A stretch of 55,129 nucleotides of DNA from Candidatus Micrarchaeota archaeon. GTDB lineage: Archaea; Micrarchaeota; Micrarchaeia; Anstonellales; J096. The position numbers and the translations under genes were made by a program. The stretch is from NCBI GenBank assembly GCA_964467175.1, contig CAYXNY010000038.1, positions 1 through 55,129 on the forward strand, written 5' to 3'. Shown here piece after piece: positions 26,762 through 35,992 of the stretch (position 1 is its first letter; the number at the start of each line of letters is the position of its first letter). Under the pieces are notes generated by a model. It was not told where the DNA came from, ran no database searches, and was given only the letters and a program-made list of their open reading frames with translations.

Positions 26762-29560
26762 TCATCCCTTCACAACTGCTATCGGCCTTAATTTCGCAAC
26801 GATATTGCTTATTCCTGCAAGCTGCACCGCATGCACAACCTCATCAATATCTTTATAAGCATCCGGTGCCTCTTCAGCTGCAACGCTCCATGTAGCGGGC
26901 TTCACTACTATCCCCCTTTCTCCAAGCTCCCTTACCACCTGTTCTCCTCTATGTTTTCTTATCGCCTCATGCCTGCTCATCACTCTTCCGGCACCATGGC
27001 ATGTGGAGCCGAAGCTAACCTCAAGGCCCTTAGGATTTCCGACGAGAACATAGCTTGCGGTTCCCATGCTTCCAGGTATTATTACCGGCTGCCCTATATT
27101 CATGTATTTTTTTGGCAGTTCTTTCCTTCCAGCAGGAAAAGCCCTTGTGGCTCCTTTTCTATGCACAATCAAATTCATATTTTTCCCATCAACAATATGC
27201 TCTTCGAATTTTGCAATGTTATGCGCAACATCGTAAACTATTTGCATAGAGTCCATTACATTTGAGCCATAAACCTTTCCGAAGCTCTCCCTCACCCAGT
27301 GCATTATCATCTGCCTGTTTGTGAAGGCGAAATTCACCGCGCATTTCATCGCCTTTATATATGCCTCTCCTTCTTTGCTGTTTACGGGCGCGTATGCGAG
27401 CTCAGGGTCTGCCAACCGTACATTGTTTTTCTTCGCCCATCCCATCACAACATTTATGTAATCGCTTGCAACCTGATGGCCAAACCCCCGCGAACCGGTA
27501 TGGATCATTACAACAATCTGCCCTTCGTAAAACCCGAATGCCTTTGCAACCTCCGGCAGATGGATTTTTTCAACATACTGAATTTCTAAGAAATGGTTTC
27601 CTGCGCCGAGCGTTCCAAGCTGTGGTTTTCCCCTCTTCATTGCTGTTGGACTGATTTTTGAAGGGTCTGCACCTTCAATACAGCCGTATTCCTCTATCCC
27701 TTCTTTGTCCTCCTTCCATCCGTAGTCGTTCTCAATTGCCCAGTCCACTCCGCGCACCATCACTTCGTTGAGCTCGTCTTCGCTCAGCCTCACCTTTCCC
27801 TCGCTTCCGACTCCGCTAGGAACGTTTTTGAAAAGCTCCTGCACAATCTCCCTTATTTTCGGCTTAACTTCCTTCTGCTCCATATTCGTTAGAAGCAGCC
27901 TGACGCCGCAGTTTGAAACAACCACACCATTTGCAACGAATCTATGCGAATCCTCAACTGTGAAATCGTACACCTCTCCTTTATAATGTCCTTTGCGTAT
28001 TTCGATTATCGGTGAAACAAGCGCACCGAATATACTATAGTACCCCACCTGTTCCTTAAGGAATTCTCTAAAGCTTGGAATGGAAAGCGGCGCCCTTGGT
28101 TTTTTGTTTTCATAGTAAGCCCTTTCTATAAATCTTTTGTTCGCCCATTTTGAAGAAAACATCTCCTGCAGCTCTGCCAAGGAAAAGCCCTTTTTCTTGT
28201 ACTTTCTTATTTTTATTCTGATCTTCTCCCGCTCTTCTCTATAAAGTCTTTTCAGACCTATGTAAAGAACAGCGGCCATTGCAGCCACCATTCTCTTTTC
28301 ATTATACTCAAATCCTATTTTTCTGTAAAGCTTCTCTATGTTCTCCTCCCTTCCGCCTATGCCCATCCTCAGCCTTATTTTTTTGCCTTTCCTTTCTGCT
28401 ACCTTTATTTCTCCAACATCCACACCAAATTCATCGAGCAGTTCTGCGATATCAAGAAGGAAGGCCCTTGCGTTTTTCTCCATCCTTTTTATTTTGTTCA
28501 TGTTTATCTTTGGAATGTAAAAGCCTGTTTTTGACGAGGTGCTTGGGGAGGAAAGCTCTGCCCCAAAAAACCCTGCCAAGTACAGCCTCTTTATCCATAG
28601 AGGTGCTTTCTTTATCCACTCTGGCACTCTGAACTCTGTTTCCGTTTTGTTCCCAACCGGTGCTCCCAAATAAATCAGCTTCTCGACAAACTCTTTTGAA
28701 TACACATGAAGCTCTGCTGTTCTCGAAACAAACTCCCTGTTCTTTATTCTGTGCTTTCTTGTTCTTTCCACAAGATGCGCATGGTATCCAAGTTTTTCAA
28801 CATCCTTTTTCATTTTTTCTAAATCCGTTCTTTTGCCGAAAAATATCCCCCTCAGTTTTTTGCCGCAATGGGTTAGCGTCCCATTCCCGGTGAGGTATCC
28901 TATAAGTTTTGCATAGATCGCAAGCTCCTCCTCATTCTCAGCAAAATACTCATATTCCGCTCCTTCAAAAGGATAAACCAGAAGTTTTTCATCTTCTTTA
29001 ACTTCATGAGGCATCATCCTTCCTCTTATGGTTATGAGGGGATGGTCTTGGGTGAGCTTAACCGTTCCGGCCAGTGTTATAATCTCATACACCGCGCCGT
29101 CGTATTTTTTGTGCATAAAATAGGTCGCCCTCCCTTCTTCGTACCCCGTTAAAACATCAGCATTTCCTTCAAGAAGAACAACACCATTTTTTTGATATAT
29201 CTCATGGAAGTATTCTTTGAACTCATTTATTCTCTTCCAATACCCCAAAGGAGACAGTATTCTGCTCTCCGGTAGCAAGCAGTTTATGTCATAACCAACA
29301 CCACCGGGAGACACTATTCCATCTTCGGCAGGAAACGCAGCCACCCCTCCGATCGGAAACCCGTACCCCTCGTGCCCGTCCGGCATCAGCAGGGCATTCT
29401 TCACAATGCTTGGTAGCCCGGCGACATTCTTCAGTTGCCATATCGTCCTGTCCTTCTTCATCTGCCCCAGCATTTTTTCAGTTGCAAAAATTATGCCGGG
29501 AACTTTCATTCCCTCCTCTTTAAATTCCCATGTCGCCTTTCCAATCTCCTTAAACTCCAT
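26762..29560 (-). CDS. rtcB: RtcB RNA 3'-phosphate ligase (tRNA-splicing ligase), intein-containing precursor
   Basis: RtcB motifs (MPDGHEGYGFPIGGV, GAGNHF, HTGSRGFGHQ, CHGAGR). 932 aa in total; the exteins sum to about 475 aa. Confidence 0.9.
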   Translation of the reverse strand: MEFKEIGKATWEFKEEGMKVPGIIFATEKMLGQMKKDRTIWQLKNVAGLPSIVKNALLMPDGHEGYGFPIGGVAAFPAEDGIVSPGGVGYDINCLLPESRILSPLGYWKRINEFKEYFHEIYQKNGVVLLEGNADVLTGYEEGRATYFMHKKYDGAVYEIITLAGTVKLTQDHPLITIRGRMMPHEVKEDEKLLVYPFEGAEYEYFAENEEELAIYAKLIGYLTGNGTLTHCGKKLRGIFFGKRTDLEKMKKDVEKLGYHAHLVERTRKHRIKNREFVSRTAELHVYSKEFVEKLIYLGAPVGNKTETEFRVPEWIKKAPLWIKRLYLAGFFGAELSSPSTSSKTGFYIPKINMNKIKRMEKNARAFLLDIAELLDEFGVDVGEIKVAERKGKKIRLRMGIGGREENIEKLYRKIGFEYNEKRMVAAMAAVLYIGLKRLYREEREKIRIKIRKYKKKGFSLAELQEMFSSKWANKRFIERAYYENKKPRAPLSIPSFREFLKEQVGYYSIFGALVSPIIEIRKGHYKGEVYDFTVEDSHRFVANGVVVSNCGVRLLLTNMEQKEVKPKIREIVQELFKNVPSGVGSEGKVRLSEDELNEVMVRGVDWAIENDYGWKEDKEGIEEYGCIEGADPSKISPTAMKRGKPQLGTLGAGNHFLEIQYVEKIHLPEVAKAFGFYEGQIVVMIHTGSRGFGHQVASDYINVVMGWAKKNNVRLADPELAYAPVNSKEGEAYIKAMKCAVNFAFTNRQMIMHWVRESFGKVYGSNVMDSMQIVYDVAHNIAKFEEHIVDGKNMNLIVHRKGATRAFPAGRKELPKKYMNIGQPVIIPGSMGTASYVLVGNPKGLEVSFGSTCHGAGRVMSRHEAIRKHRGEQVVRELGERGIVVKPATWSVAAEEAPDAYKDIDEVVHAVQLAGISNIVAKLRPIAVVKG
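27911..29281 (-). mobile_element. intein (457 aa) with LAGLIDADG homing-endonuclease domain, inserted in RtcB
   Basis: Splits the conserved GVGYDIN|CGVR. Starts CLLPES and ends VVVSN, followed by +1 Cys. Block B is LTQDHPL. LAGLIDADG-like LIGYLTGNG and YLAGFFGAE. Boundary codons were checked in the DNA. Confidence 0.85.
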
Positions 29561-29577
29561 ACAAACTCCCCCTCAAC

Positions 29578-30375
29578 TCAAAAATGTATAAAATCCTTGC
29601 TTGAAGAAAGTAGCAGAACAGCAAACATCAGGAAGAAAATTCCCGAGGTTAGGCAGTTCGCTGTTTTCAAAGTTGAGAATATGTTTTCCATTTCATTGGT
29701 CATGCTCTGGATGCTCGCTTCCATCTCTTCCAGGTTTTTCTTTACATTATTAAAATTTTCCTTTACTTTTTTCATGTTATTCACAGCAGCATCCAAACTC
29801 GTTTTCGTTGCTTGCAGGTCGTTTGCGGCTTTTATAAGCTCGTCTCCGCTTTCCTCCAATCCTTCCCCTTCTTTCTTGAATGATATGACCCCGCCAAAAT
29901 CAAGCTTCTTTATTTTTTCTCCAAAACTTTTTATTTCATCCCCGCTCTGCTTTATCCCAACACCCGTTTCTTCGATACTGTTGCTAAGAGAAGCGCTTCC
30001 GCTTTCAACATCCCCAACTGCTTCAGCCATCCTTTCTACTCCTTGTTTCATGTCGCCGACGCTTTTGGTTATTGTTTCCAATCTGCCCATCACCATACTC
30101 TTTCCATTGTCAATGGCTCCGTCAATTATGAAATAAAGGGCGACGGCCGCAAGCATCCCAAAAACCGCAAAGCTGAGGAGAACGATGTTTATCGTTAATT
30201 TTACAACCGGCGCTCCTCCCTCTTCGCTTTTTTTCTTTTCTTCTTTCTTTTCTGGTCGCTTCTCTTCCTTCTTCTCTACCTGTTCTTCCTTTTCCTTTTT
30301 CTTATCTAGACGGACTCCTGGTTTTTTTTCAAATATGTCGCTTGCTATAATATGCTCCTCTTCATGCTCACCCAT
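29578..30375 (-). CDS. hypothetical two-TM protein with K/E-rich N-terminus and helical ectodomain
   Basis: ORF only, with two hydrophobic segments flanking a coiled-coil-like region. Confidence 0.5.
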   Translation of the reverse strand: MGEHEEEHIIASDIFEKKPGVRLDKKKEKEEQVEKKEEKRPEKKEEKKKSEEGGAPVVKLTINIVLLSFAVFGMLAAVALYFIIDGAIDNGKSMVMGRLETITKSVGDMKQGVERMAEAVGDVESGSASLSNSIEETGVGIKQSGDEIKSFGEKIKKLDFGGVISFKKEGEGLEESGDELIKAANDLQATKTSLDAAVNNMKKVKENFNNVKKNLEEMEASIQSMTNEMENIFSTLKTANCLTSGIFFLMFAVLLLSSSKDFIHF

Positions 30376-30472
30376 AATTTTTCTATTAATAAAAAAGGTT
30401 TAAATATGTTCTGGAATGAAGGCAGACCGCAGAATGAGAGACTACACCCATCCCACATAAACATAAGAATAT

Positions 30473-30645
30473 GCGAAGGGGGGCGAGGCGGAATAAGCGC
30501 CAGGGGGATACTTCCTCCGGGGCAATAAATATTACTAATAACCGAAAGGGGGCTTTGGGGGTATTACCCCCAAATGAGTTGAGAATAAGCGAAGGGGGGC
30601 GAGGCGGAATAAGCGCCAGGGGGGTATTACCCCCCGGGGCTTATT
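30473..30645. repeat. G/C-rich hairpin repeat cluster, locus 2
   Basis: GCGAAGGGGGGCGAGGCGGAATAAGCGCCAGGGGG occurs at 30473-30507 and 30589-30623. The 44-mer at 30567-30610 matches 9654-9697 with one mismatch. Long hairpin ATAAGCGCCAGGGGGGTATTACCCCCCGGGGCTTAT. Confidence 0.6.
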
Positions 30646-30676
30646 GATTTTAAAATTTTGCCTGCGAATAAAAACC

Positions 30677-33532
30677 ATGCCCCGCATAGAGATAAAATTT
30701 AAAGACGGAATTTTTGATGCTCATGCTGAAGGCATAAGGAAAAAACTCAACTCAAAAGGGTTCAACATTCAAAAGGTAATTTTCATGCGGGTTTTCAACA
30801 TAGGCGGCGAGTTGACAGAAGAAGAGTTGAAAAAACTCGGGCATGCATTTTCAGATTCAGTTGTCGAGGAATTCTCGTACAAATCCCCGTTTGCAATTTA
30901 CGGATGGAGGGTAGAGGTAGGCTATCTCCCTGGTGTAACCGACAACCCAGCGAGGATTGCAAAGGGGGCTGCCCGCAGGGCGATAGGAAAAGAGATAGAG
31001 GTCTATTCCTCCCGTGTATACTCTCTGATCGGAAATATAGGGGAGAGGGAGATTAAGGAGATTGCAAAAATTCTCCACAACCCGCTTGTTGAAAGGTGCA
31101 GGCCCTCCCTTCCGCTTGAAGAAAGTTTCTCTCCTTTCCTTGCGAGAGTGGAGCTGAAGGAAAAGCCAAAACTAAGATTTATCAAACCGGATTTTAAGCT
31201 CATAAAAAAGATGAGCGAGAAGGGCGCGCTTGCGCTGAGCGACAAGGAGATATCCGCGATAGTTGAATTTTTCAGCAAGCCGGAGATAACCGCCGAGAGA
31301 AAGGAAAAAGGCCTGAAAGGAATAACGGATGTGGAGCTTGAGGCAATCGCCCAAACATGGAGCGAGCACTGCAAGCACAAAATTTTCAATGCAATAATAG
31401 AGTACGAAGACGAGAGCGGAAGAAAAGAGACGATAAATTCCCTTTTCAAAACCTACATCGTGGGTGCGACAAACTCGGTTTCATCTCCATCCGTTGTTTC
31501 TGTTTTCAAGGACAATGGAGGGGTAGTATGGTTCGACGATTCCCACTATATAGTCGCAAAGGTTGAGACGCACAACGCGCCCTCAGCCCTAGACCCGTAC
31601 GGAGGCGCGCTTACAGGAATTTTAGGTGTGCAGAGGGATGTTCTTGGAACCGGCCTTGGCGCAAAGCCGTTCGCAGGTCTGGATGTTCTTTGCTTTGCCC
31701 CCTTCAACGAAAGGCCTCATCCTGGTGCAAAAAGTTCAGAGGATCTTTTTGAAGGGGTTGTTGCCGGGATAAAGGATGGAGGAAACAAAACAGGAGTCCC
31801 AACCATCAACGGATCCGTAGTTTTCGAGCCATGCTTCAACGGCAGGCCTCTTGTGTACGCAGGAACATTCGGAATCATGCCCTCAAGAATTGTTGAAAGA
31901 AAAAGCGAGAAAAAGGAAATAAAGCCGGGCTATCTGGCGGTTATGGTTGGAGGAAGGGTTGGAAAGGACGGAGTGCATGGAGCAACCGCCTCCAGCATGG
32001 CCATAAGCAAAAAAACCCCGATGGGGATGGTCCAGCTTGGAGACCCTTTCATGCAGAAAAAAGCAATCGATTTTGTTCTGGAGGCAAGGGACAGAAGGCT
32101 GTACGAAGCGATCACAGACAACGGCGCTGGCGGGCTGAGCTCGAGCATAGGAGAGCTCGGGGCAGAAGGATGCGAGATATGGCTGGATAAAGTTCCGCTA
32201 AAATATCCTGGCCTTCAGCCATGGGAGACCCTTGTTTCAGAAAGCCAGGAGAGGATGACGCTCGCTGTAAGAGAGGAGGCAGTTCCCGAGCTCAAAGAGC
32301 TTGCGAAAAAGCATGATGTTGAAATTGCCGTTGTCGGCAGGTTCACGAACACCGGAAAATTCGTTGTTAAATACCGGGAGAAGATTGTCGCGTACCTCTC
32401 TACAAGCTTTCTCCACAACCCCCCAAGGATGGTTCTAAAAGCAAAAGGAAGAAGGAGAAATTTTGAAGAAAAGCAAGTGTACATAGACGACTATTCGTGC
32501 GTTCTCCTAGACCTTCTCAAAATGCCGAACATAGCGAGTAAGGAATATGTTATAAGGCAGTACGACCATGAGGTGCAGGGAGGAAGCGTGATAAAACCTC
32601 TTGCAGGTTTTGATGGCCCGGCGGATGCAGCGGTTTTCAGGCCCCTCCTGCACAAAAAAGACGCAGTTGTCATCGGCCATGGGATATGCCCGAAATACAT
32701 CCATGACGCCTACGATATGGCTGCGATGGCTTTTGACGAGGCGGTAAGGAACGTTGTTTGCGTCGGCTCATACCCCATCGCAGCGCTTGATAACTTCTGC
32801 TGGCCAAACCCGCTTGAGAATGAGGAAAAACTTGGCGCGCTTGTAAGGGCCAATAAGGCGCTCTATGATGGTGCGGTTGCATTTTCCATCCCGTTCATTT
32901 CCGGAAAGGACAGCATGAAGAATGATTTTGTGGATAAAAAAGGAGTGAAGCACTCCATCAACCCAACGCTCCTCATCACAGCGATAGGGATAATGAGCGA
33001 TGCTTCAAAAGCAGTCAGCTCGGATTTCAAAGAATCCGGGGATTTGGTATATGTTGCCGGAATAACGAAAGATGAACTCGGAGGAAGCGAACTCTACAAA
33101 CTCTTCGGAACAATCGGAAACAAAAACCCAAAGGTGAATTTTTCATTGAACAAAAAAGTTTATTCTGCCCTCCACAACTTAGCTGTTCGGGAGTTTGTGA
33201 GGAGCATGCATGATGTAAGCGACGGCGGTCTGGCCGTTGCCCTTGCAGAATCAGCCATAGGTGGCAGCGTAGGCATAGATGTTGATGTGAGCAGGGTTGA
33301 GAGCGAAACAGACAAATTGGAATCGCTTCTTTTCAGCGAAAGTTCCGGAAGGATTGTTTTCTCCATACATCCAGAGGATAAAGAAGAAGTTGAAAAAATT
33401 TTGGGGGGCGTCCCCTACGCGCTCATTGGAAGGGTGAGGGGGGACAGCAGGTTTGTAGTACGGGCATGGGGCAGACAGATTTTGAACGAAGATGTAGCCG
33501 AGCTTGCGAGGGCCTGGAGGGTTTTTCCATGA
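30677..33532 (+). CDS. purL: FGAM synthase subunit PurL with an N-terminal tandem PurS-like extension
   Basis: QTWSEHCKHKIF and further PurL motifs. The extra roughly 210 N-terminal aa contain two PurS-like modules. First ATG is at 30677. Confidence 0.85.
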   Translation: MPRIEIKFKDGIFDAHAEGIRKKLNSKGFNIQKVIFMRVFNIGGELTEEELKKLGHAFSDSVVEEFSYKSPFAIYGWRVEVGYLPGVTDNPARIAKGAARRAIGKEIEVYSSRVYSLIGNIGEREIKEIAKILHNPLVERCRPSLPLEESFSPFLARVELKEKPKLRFIKPDFKLIKKMSEKGALALSDKEISAIVEFFSKPEITAERKEKGLKGITDVELEAIAQTWSEHCKHKIFNAIIEYEDESGRKETINSLFKTYIVGATNSVSSPSVVSVFKDNGGVVWFDDSHYIVAKVETHNAPSALDPYGGALTGILGVQRDVLGTGLGAKPFAGLDVLCFAPFNERPHPGAKSSEDLFEGVVAGIKDGGNKTGVPTINGSVVFEPCFNGRPLVYAGTFGIMPSRIVERKSEKKEIKPGYLAVMVGGRVGKDGVHGATASSMAISKKTPMGMVQLGDPFMQKKAIDFVLEARDRRLYEAITDNGAGGLSSSIGELGAEGCEIWLDKVPLKYPGLQPWETLVSESQERMTLAVREEAVPELKELAKKHDVEIAVVGRFTNTGKFVVKYREKIVAYLSTSFLHNPPRMVLKAKGRRRNFEEKQVYIDDYSCVLLDLLKMPNIASKEYVIRQYDHEVQGGSVIKPLAGFDGPADAAVFRPLLHKKDAVVIGHGICPKYIHDAYDMAAMAFDEAVRNVVCVGSYPIAALDNFCWPNPLENEEKLGALVRANKALYDGAVAFSIPFISGKDSMKNDFVDKKGVKHSINPTLLITAIGIMSDASKAVSSDFKESGDLVYVAGITKDELGGSELYKLFGTIGNKNPKVNFSLNKKVYSALHNLAVREFVRSMHDVSDGGLAVALAESAIGGSVGIDVDVSRVESETDKLESLLFSESSGRIVFSIHPEDKEEVEKILGGVPYALIGRVRGDSRFVVRAWGRQILNEDVAELARAWRVFP

Positions 33533-34302
33533 TACTTAAAGCATTGGTTCTTTGCGGAGAGGGGATAAACACCGAATACGAGATGGCGCATGCAGTAAAA
33601 ACAGTTGGAGGGATTGCAAACATCCTCCATGTAAACGCGCTCCTCAGCAATAAAAAGCTCCTTCATGACTACAACCTTCTCATATTCCCCGGCGGGTTCA
33701 GTTTCGGAGATGAACTCGGGAGCGGAAAGGTGCTGGCGGATATTTTTGCAAATGAGATGTGGAATGAACTGATGACTTTCATAAGCCAGAAAAAGCTCAT
33801 TCTTGGGGTGTGCAACGGATTTCAGGTTTTGGTGAAGATGGGGCTTCTCCCAGACCTGTCCGGCCATCAAAAAACAACCCTTTCCTATAACGACAGCGGA
33901 AGGTTTGAGGACAGATGGGTTTACCTGAAAACCAACCCGCTTTCCCCATGCATTTTTACAAAAAGAATTGACTCTCTTTATCTCCCTGTTAGGCACGGGG
34001 AAGGAAAATTCATAACAGATGAGAAAACGCTCGGATACATTGCAGAAAAAAACCTTTACGCAATCCAGTACGTTGATAGGAGCGGAAACCTTGCCGGCTA
34101 TCCCTACAACCCAAACGGCTCGCTGATGAATATTGCAGGCTTGTGCGATGAGAGCGGGCAGGTTTTTGGCCTCATGCCCCACCCGGAAGCTTACACCCAT
34201 TTCACAAACCATCCGCGCTGGACAAGGTTGGAAGGATTGCTTAAGCCGAATGGACTGAGCATTTTTGAGAACGCAAAAAAATATGTGGAAGGAAAGCTTT
34301 GA
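33529..34302 (+). CDS. purQ: FGAM synthase glutamine amidotransferase subunit PurQ
   Basis: LIFPGGFSFGD, catalytic Cys in GVCNGFQ, and MPHPE. ATGA overlap with the purL stop. Confidence 0.85.
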   Translation: MILKALVLCGEGINTEYEMAHAVKTVGGIANILHVNALLSNKKLLHDYNLLIFPGGFSFGDELGSGKVLADIFANEMWNELMTFISQKKLILGVCNGFQVLVKMGLLPDLSGHQKTTLSYNDSGRFEDRWVYLKTNPLSPCIFTKRIDSLYLPVRHGEGKFITDEKTLGYIAEKNLYAIQYVDRSGNLAGYPYNPNGSLMNIAGLCDESGQVFGLMPHPEAYTHFTNHPRWTRLEGLLKPNGLSIFENAKKYVEGKL

Positions 34303-34308
34303 TTCCGG

Positions 34309-35190
34309 CTATTTTTTCTTCGTTGCTTCCTTCCATGTATAGTATGCCACCGGCTTGAATAATACATCTGCAACTATGATTCCGATCAGCGCAATCAAGC
34401 CGCTCAGAAGAATGCCTACTGCCAGCACCCCAAAACCATAAAGAGGAAATGCTGTTGCGCCGCCTTCTATTTGTGTAAGTGCAATCCCGCCGCCCAAAAA
34501 CACGATCATTAAGCCAAAAAACACCATACTGAGCAGTATATAAAAGAGTATCGCCAAGATTACCGTAATAGCCGAGACAATTATATCCATCGCAAGAACA
34601 AAACCCAAGTTTTTCATTACTGCTGAATAGGAATTCTTTATGCTATCTATAACCCCCTTCCTGCCAACAACATACTCCCAATACGAGAACTGTATGATAA
34701 AAATCCACACAAGCTCTATTACTAAGCCGATTGCAAAAAGGAACAATCCGGCAACGCCCTCAACAAACTGCCCTATGATTCTTGGCATGTTCGCTGCAAT
34801 GCCCAGCACCGCCATCACAGCAACGTATATTGAGTTTCTTACCAAATCCTCTTTTATCGTTTTTATAAACTCAAATTTTTTGCCATTTGCGGCATTATCC
34901 ACAACTGTGTTTGAGCTCATTGCGATACCGCCGCTCAAAAGTATCAAAATTAAGGCCAACAGAATAATAGGAATGATAACGATCAGATCTAATAGCGAGG
35001 AACTTCCGGCTACTAGTGCAACTCCTCCGATTATGATAAACAAGGTGAGCAGAAGTGCAATGCTCACAGCATAAATCTTTCCAAACCCGAACAGCAACTC
35101 CCTCCATTTTTTCAAAGTCATCCCAAACCCATTTTTTAGGGTTGAGAGAACCTTTTCAACTACTGCCATGCCACCACGCGATTTTTTCAC
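34309..35190 (-). CDS. hypothetical polytopic membrane protein
   Basis: Six or more hydrophobic helices. Start is uncertain (alternative ATG at 35169). Confidence 0.55.
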   Translation of the reverse strand: MKKSRGGMAVVEKVLSTLKNGFGMTLKKWRELLFGFGKIYAVSIALLLTLFIIIGGVALVAGSSSLLDLIVIIPIILLALILILLSGGIAMSSNTVVDNAANGKKFEFIKTIKEDLVRNSIYVAVMAVLGIAANMPRIIGQFVEGVAGLFLFAIGLVIELVWIFIIQFSYWEYVVGRKGVIDSIKNSYSAVMKNLGFVLAMDIIVSAITVILAILFYILLSMVFFGLMIVFLGGGIALTQIEGGATAFPLYGFGVLAVGILLSGLIALIGIIVADVLFKPVAYYTWKEATKKK

Positions 35191-35992
35191 TCTAAAAATT
35201 TATAAATATACCACTGCTATTAAGTTCGTGAAACTTACGCTCTGGTACAATAAAAGCGTCCATGAGAACGCAGGCTATTACTTTGAGCTGGCAAAGAAAT
35301 ACAGAAAAAAAGCCCATGCGGCAAAAGAGGCTTTGAGAGAGCTTGAGAAAAAACTTGAAGAGGCAAAAAAGAAAAAAGAAAAGGAAAAACCAGCGGTTAA
35401 ACTCCTGCGCGAAAAAGAGTGGTACGAGAAATTCCATTGGTTTTTCACTTCAGAAGGAAAGCTTGCGCTTGGGGGGAGGGATGCGCAGCAAAACGATATT
35501 CTCTACTCCAGGCATATAGAACAAAACGACCTCTTCTTCCATGCAGACATACAGGGAGGGAGCGTTGTTGTTTTGAAAAACGGAAAAGAAGCCAGCGATC
35601 AGGAAAAACTAGAGGCGGCACAGTTTGCCGCGTGCTTTTCAAAGGCATGGTCCTCTGGCTTTTCCTATGTTGATGTCTACTCAGCAAAACCAGAGCAGCT
35701 TGCTAAATCTTCTCCCGGGGAATATGTTGCGAAAGGCGCCATAGTAGTCAGGGGGGAGAAGGAATGGTATAAAAGAACCCCCCTAAAGCTTAGGGTTGGT
35801 TTGGATGAGAAAGGAAGGGTTGCGGTTGTTCCGGCTTTCTCTAAGGCAAAACTAAACAATGAAATAACAATAATTCCTGGAAAAGAGGAGAAGGGGCAGA
35901 TTGCAAAAAAACTTGCGAAAATTTTAAACGTCCATCCCGATGAGCTCCTCTCTGTTCTCCCCAGCGGAAAGACAAGCGTTGTGAAAGCATGA
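35168..35992 (+). CDS. NFACT-R (DUF814) domain protein, short Rqc2/FbpA-like
   Basis: Coiled coil then WFFTSEGKLALGGRDAQQNDILY...FHADIQGGSVVV, typical of the NFACT RNA-binding module. No NFACT-N domain. Alternative GTG start at 35228. Confidence 0.6.
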   Translation: MPPRDFFTLKIYKYTTAIKFVKLTLWYNKSVHENAGYYFELAKKYRKKAHAAKEALRELEKKLEEAKKKKEKEKPAVKLLREKEWYEKFHWFFTSEGKLALGGRDAQQNDILYSRHIEQNDLFFHADIQGGSVVVLKNGKEASDQEKLEAAQFAACFSKAWSSGFSYVDVYSAKPEQLAKSSPGEYVAKGAIVVRGEKEWYKRTPLKLRVGLDEKGRVAVVPAFSKAKLNNEITIIPGKEEKGQIAKKLAKILNVHPDELLSVLPSGKTSVVKA

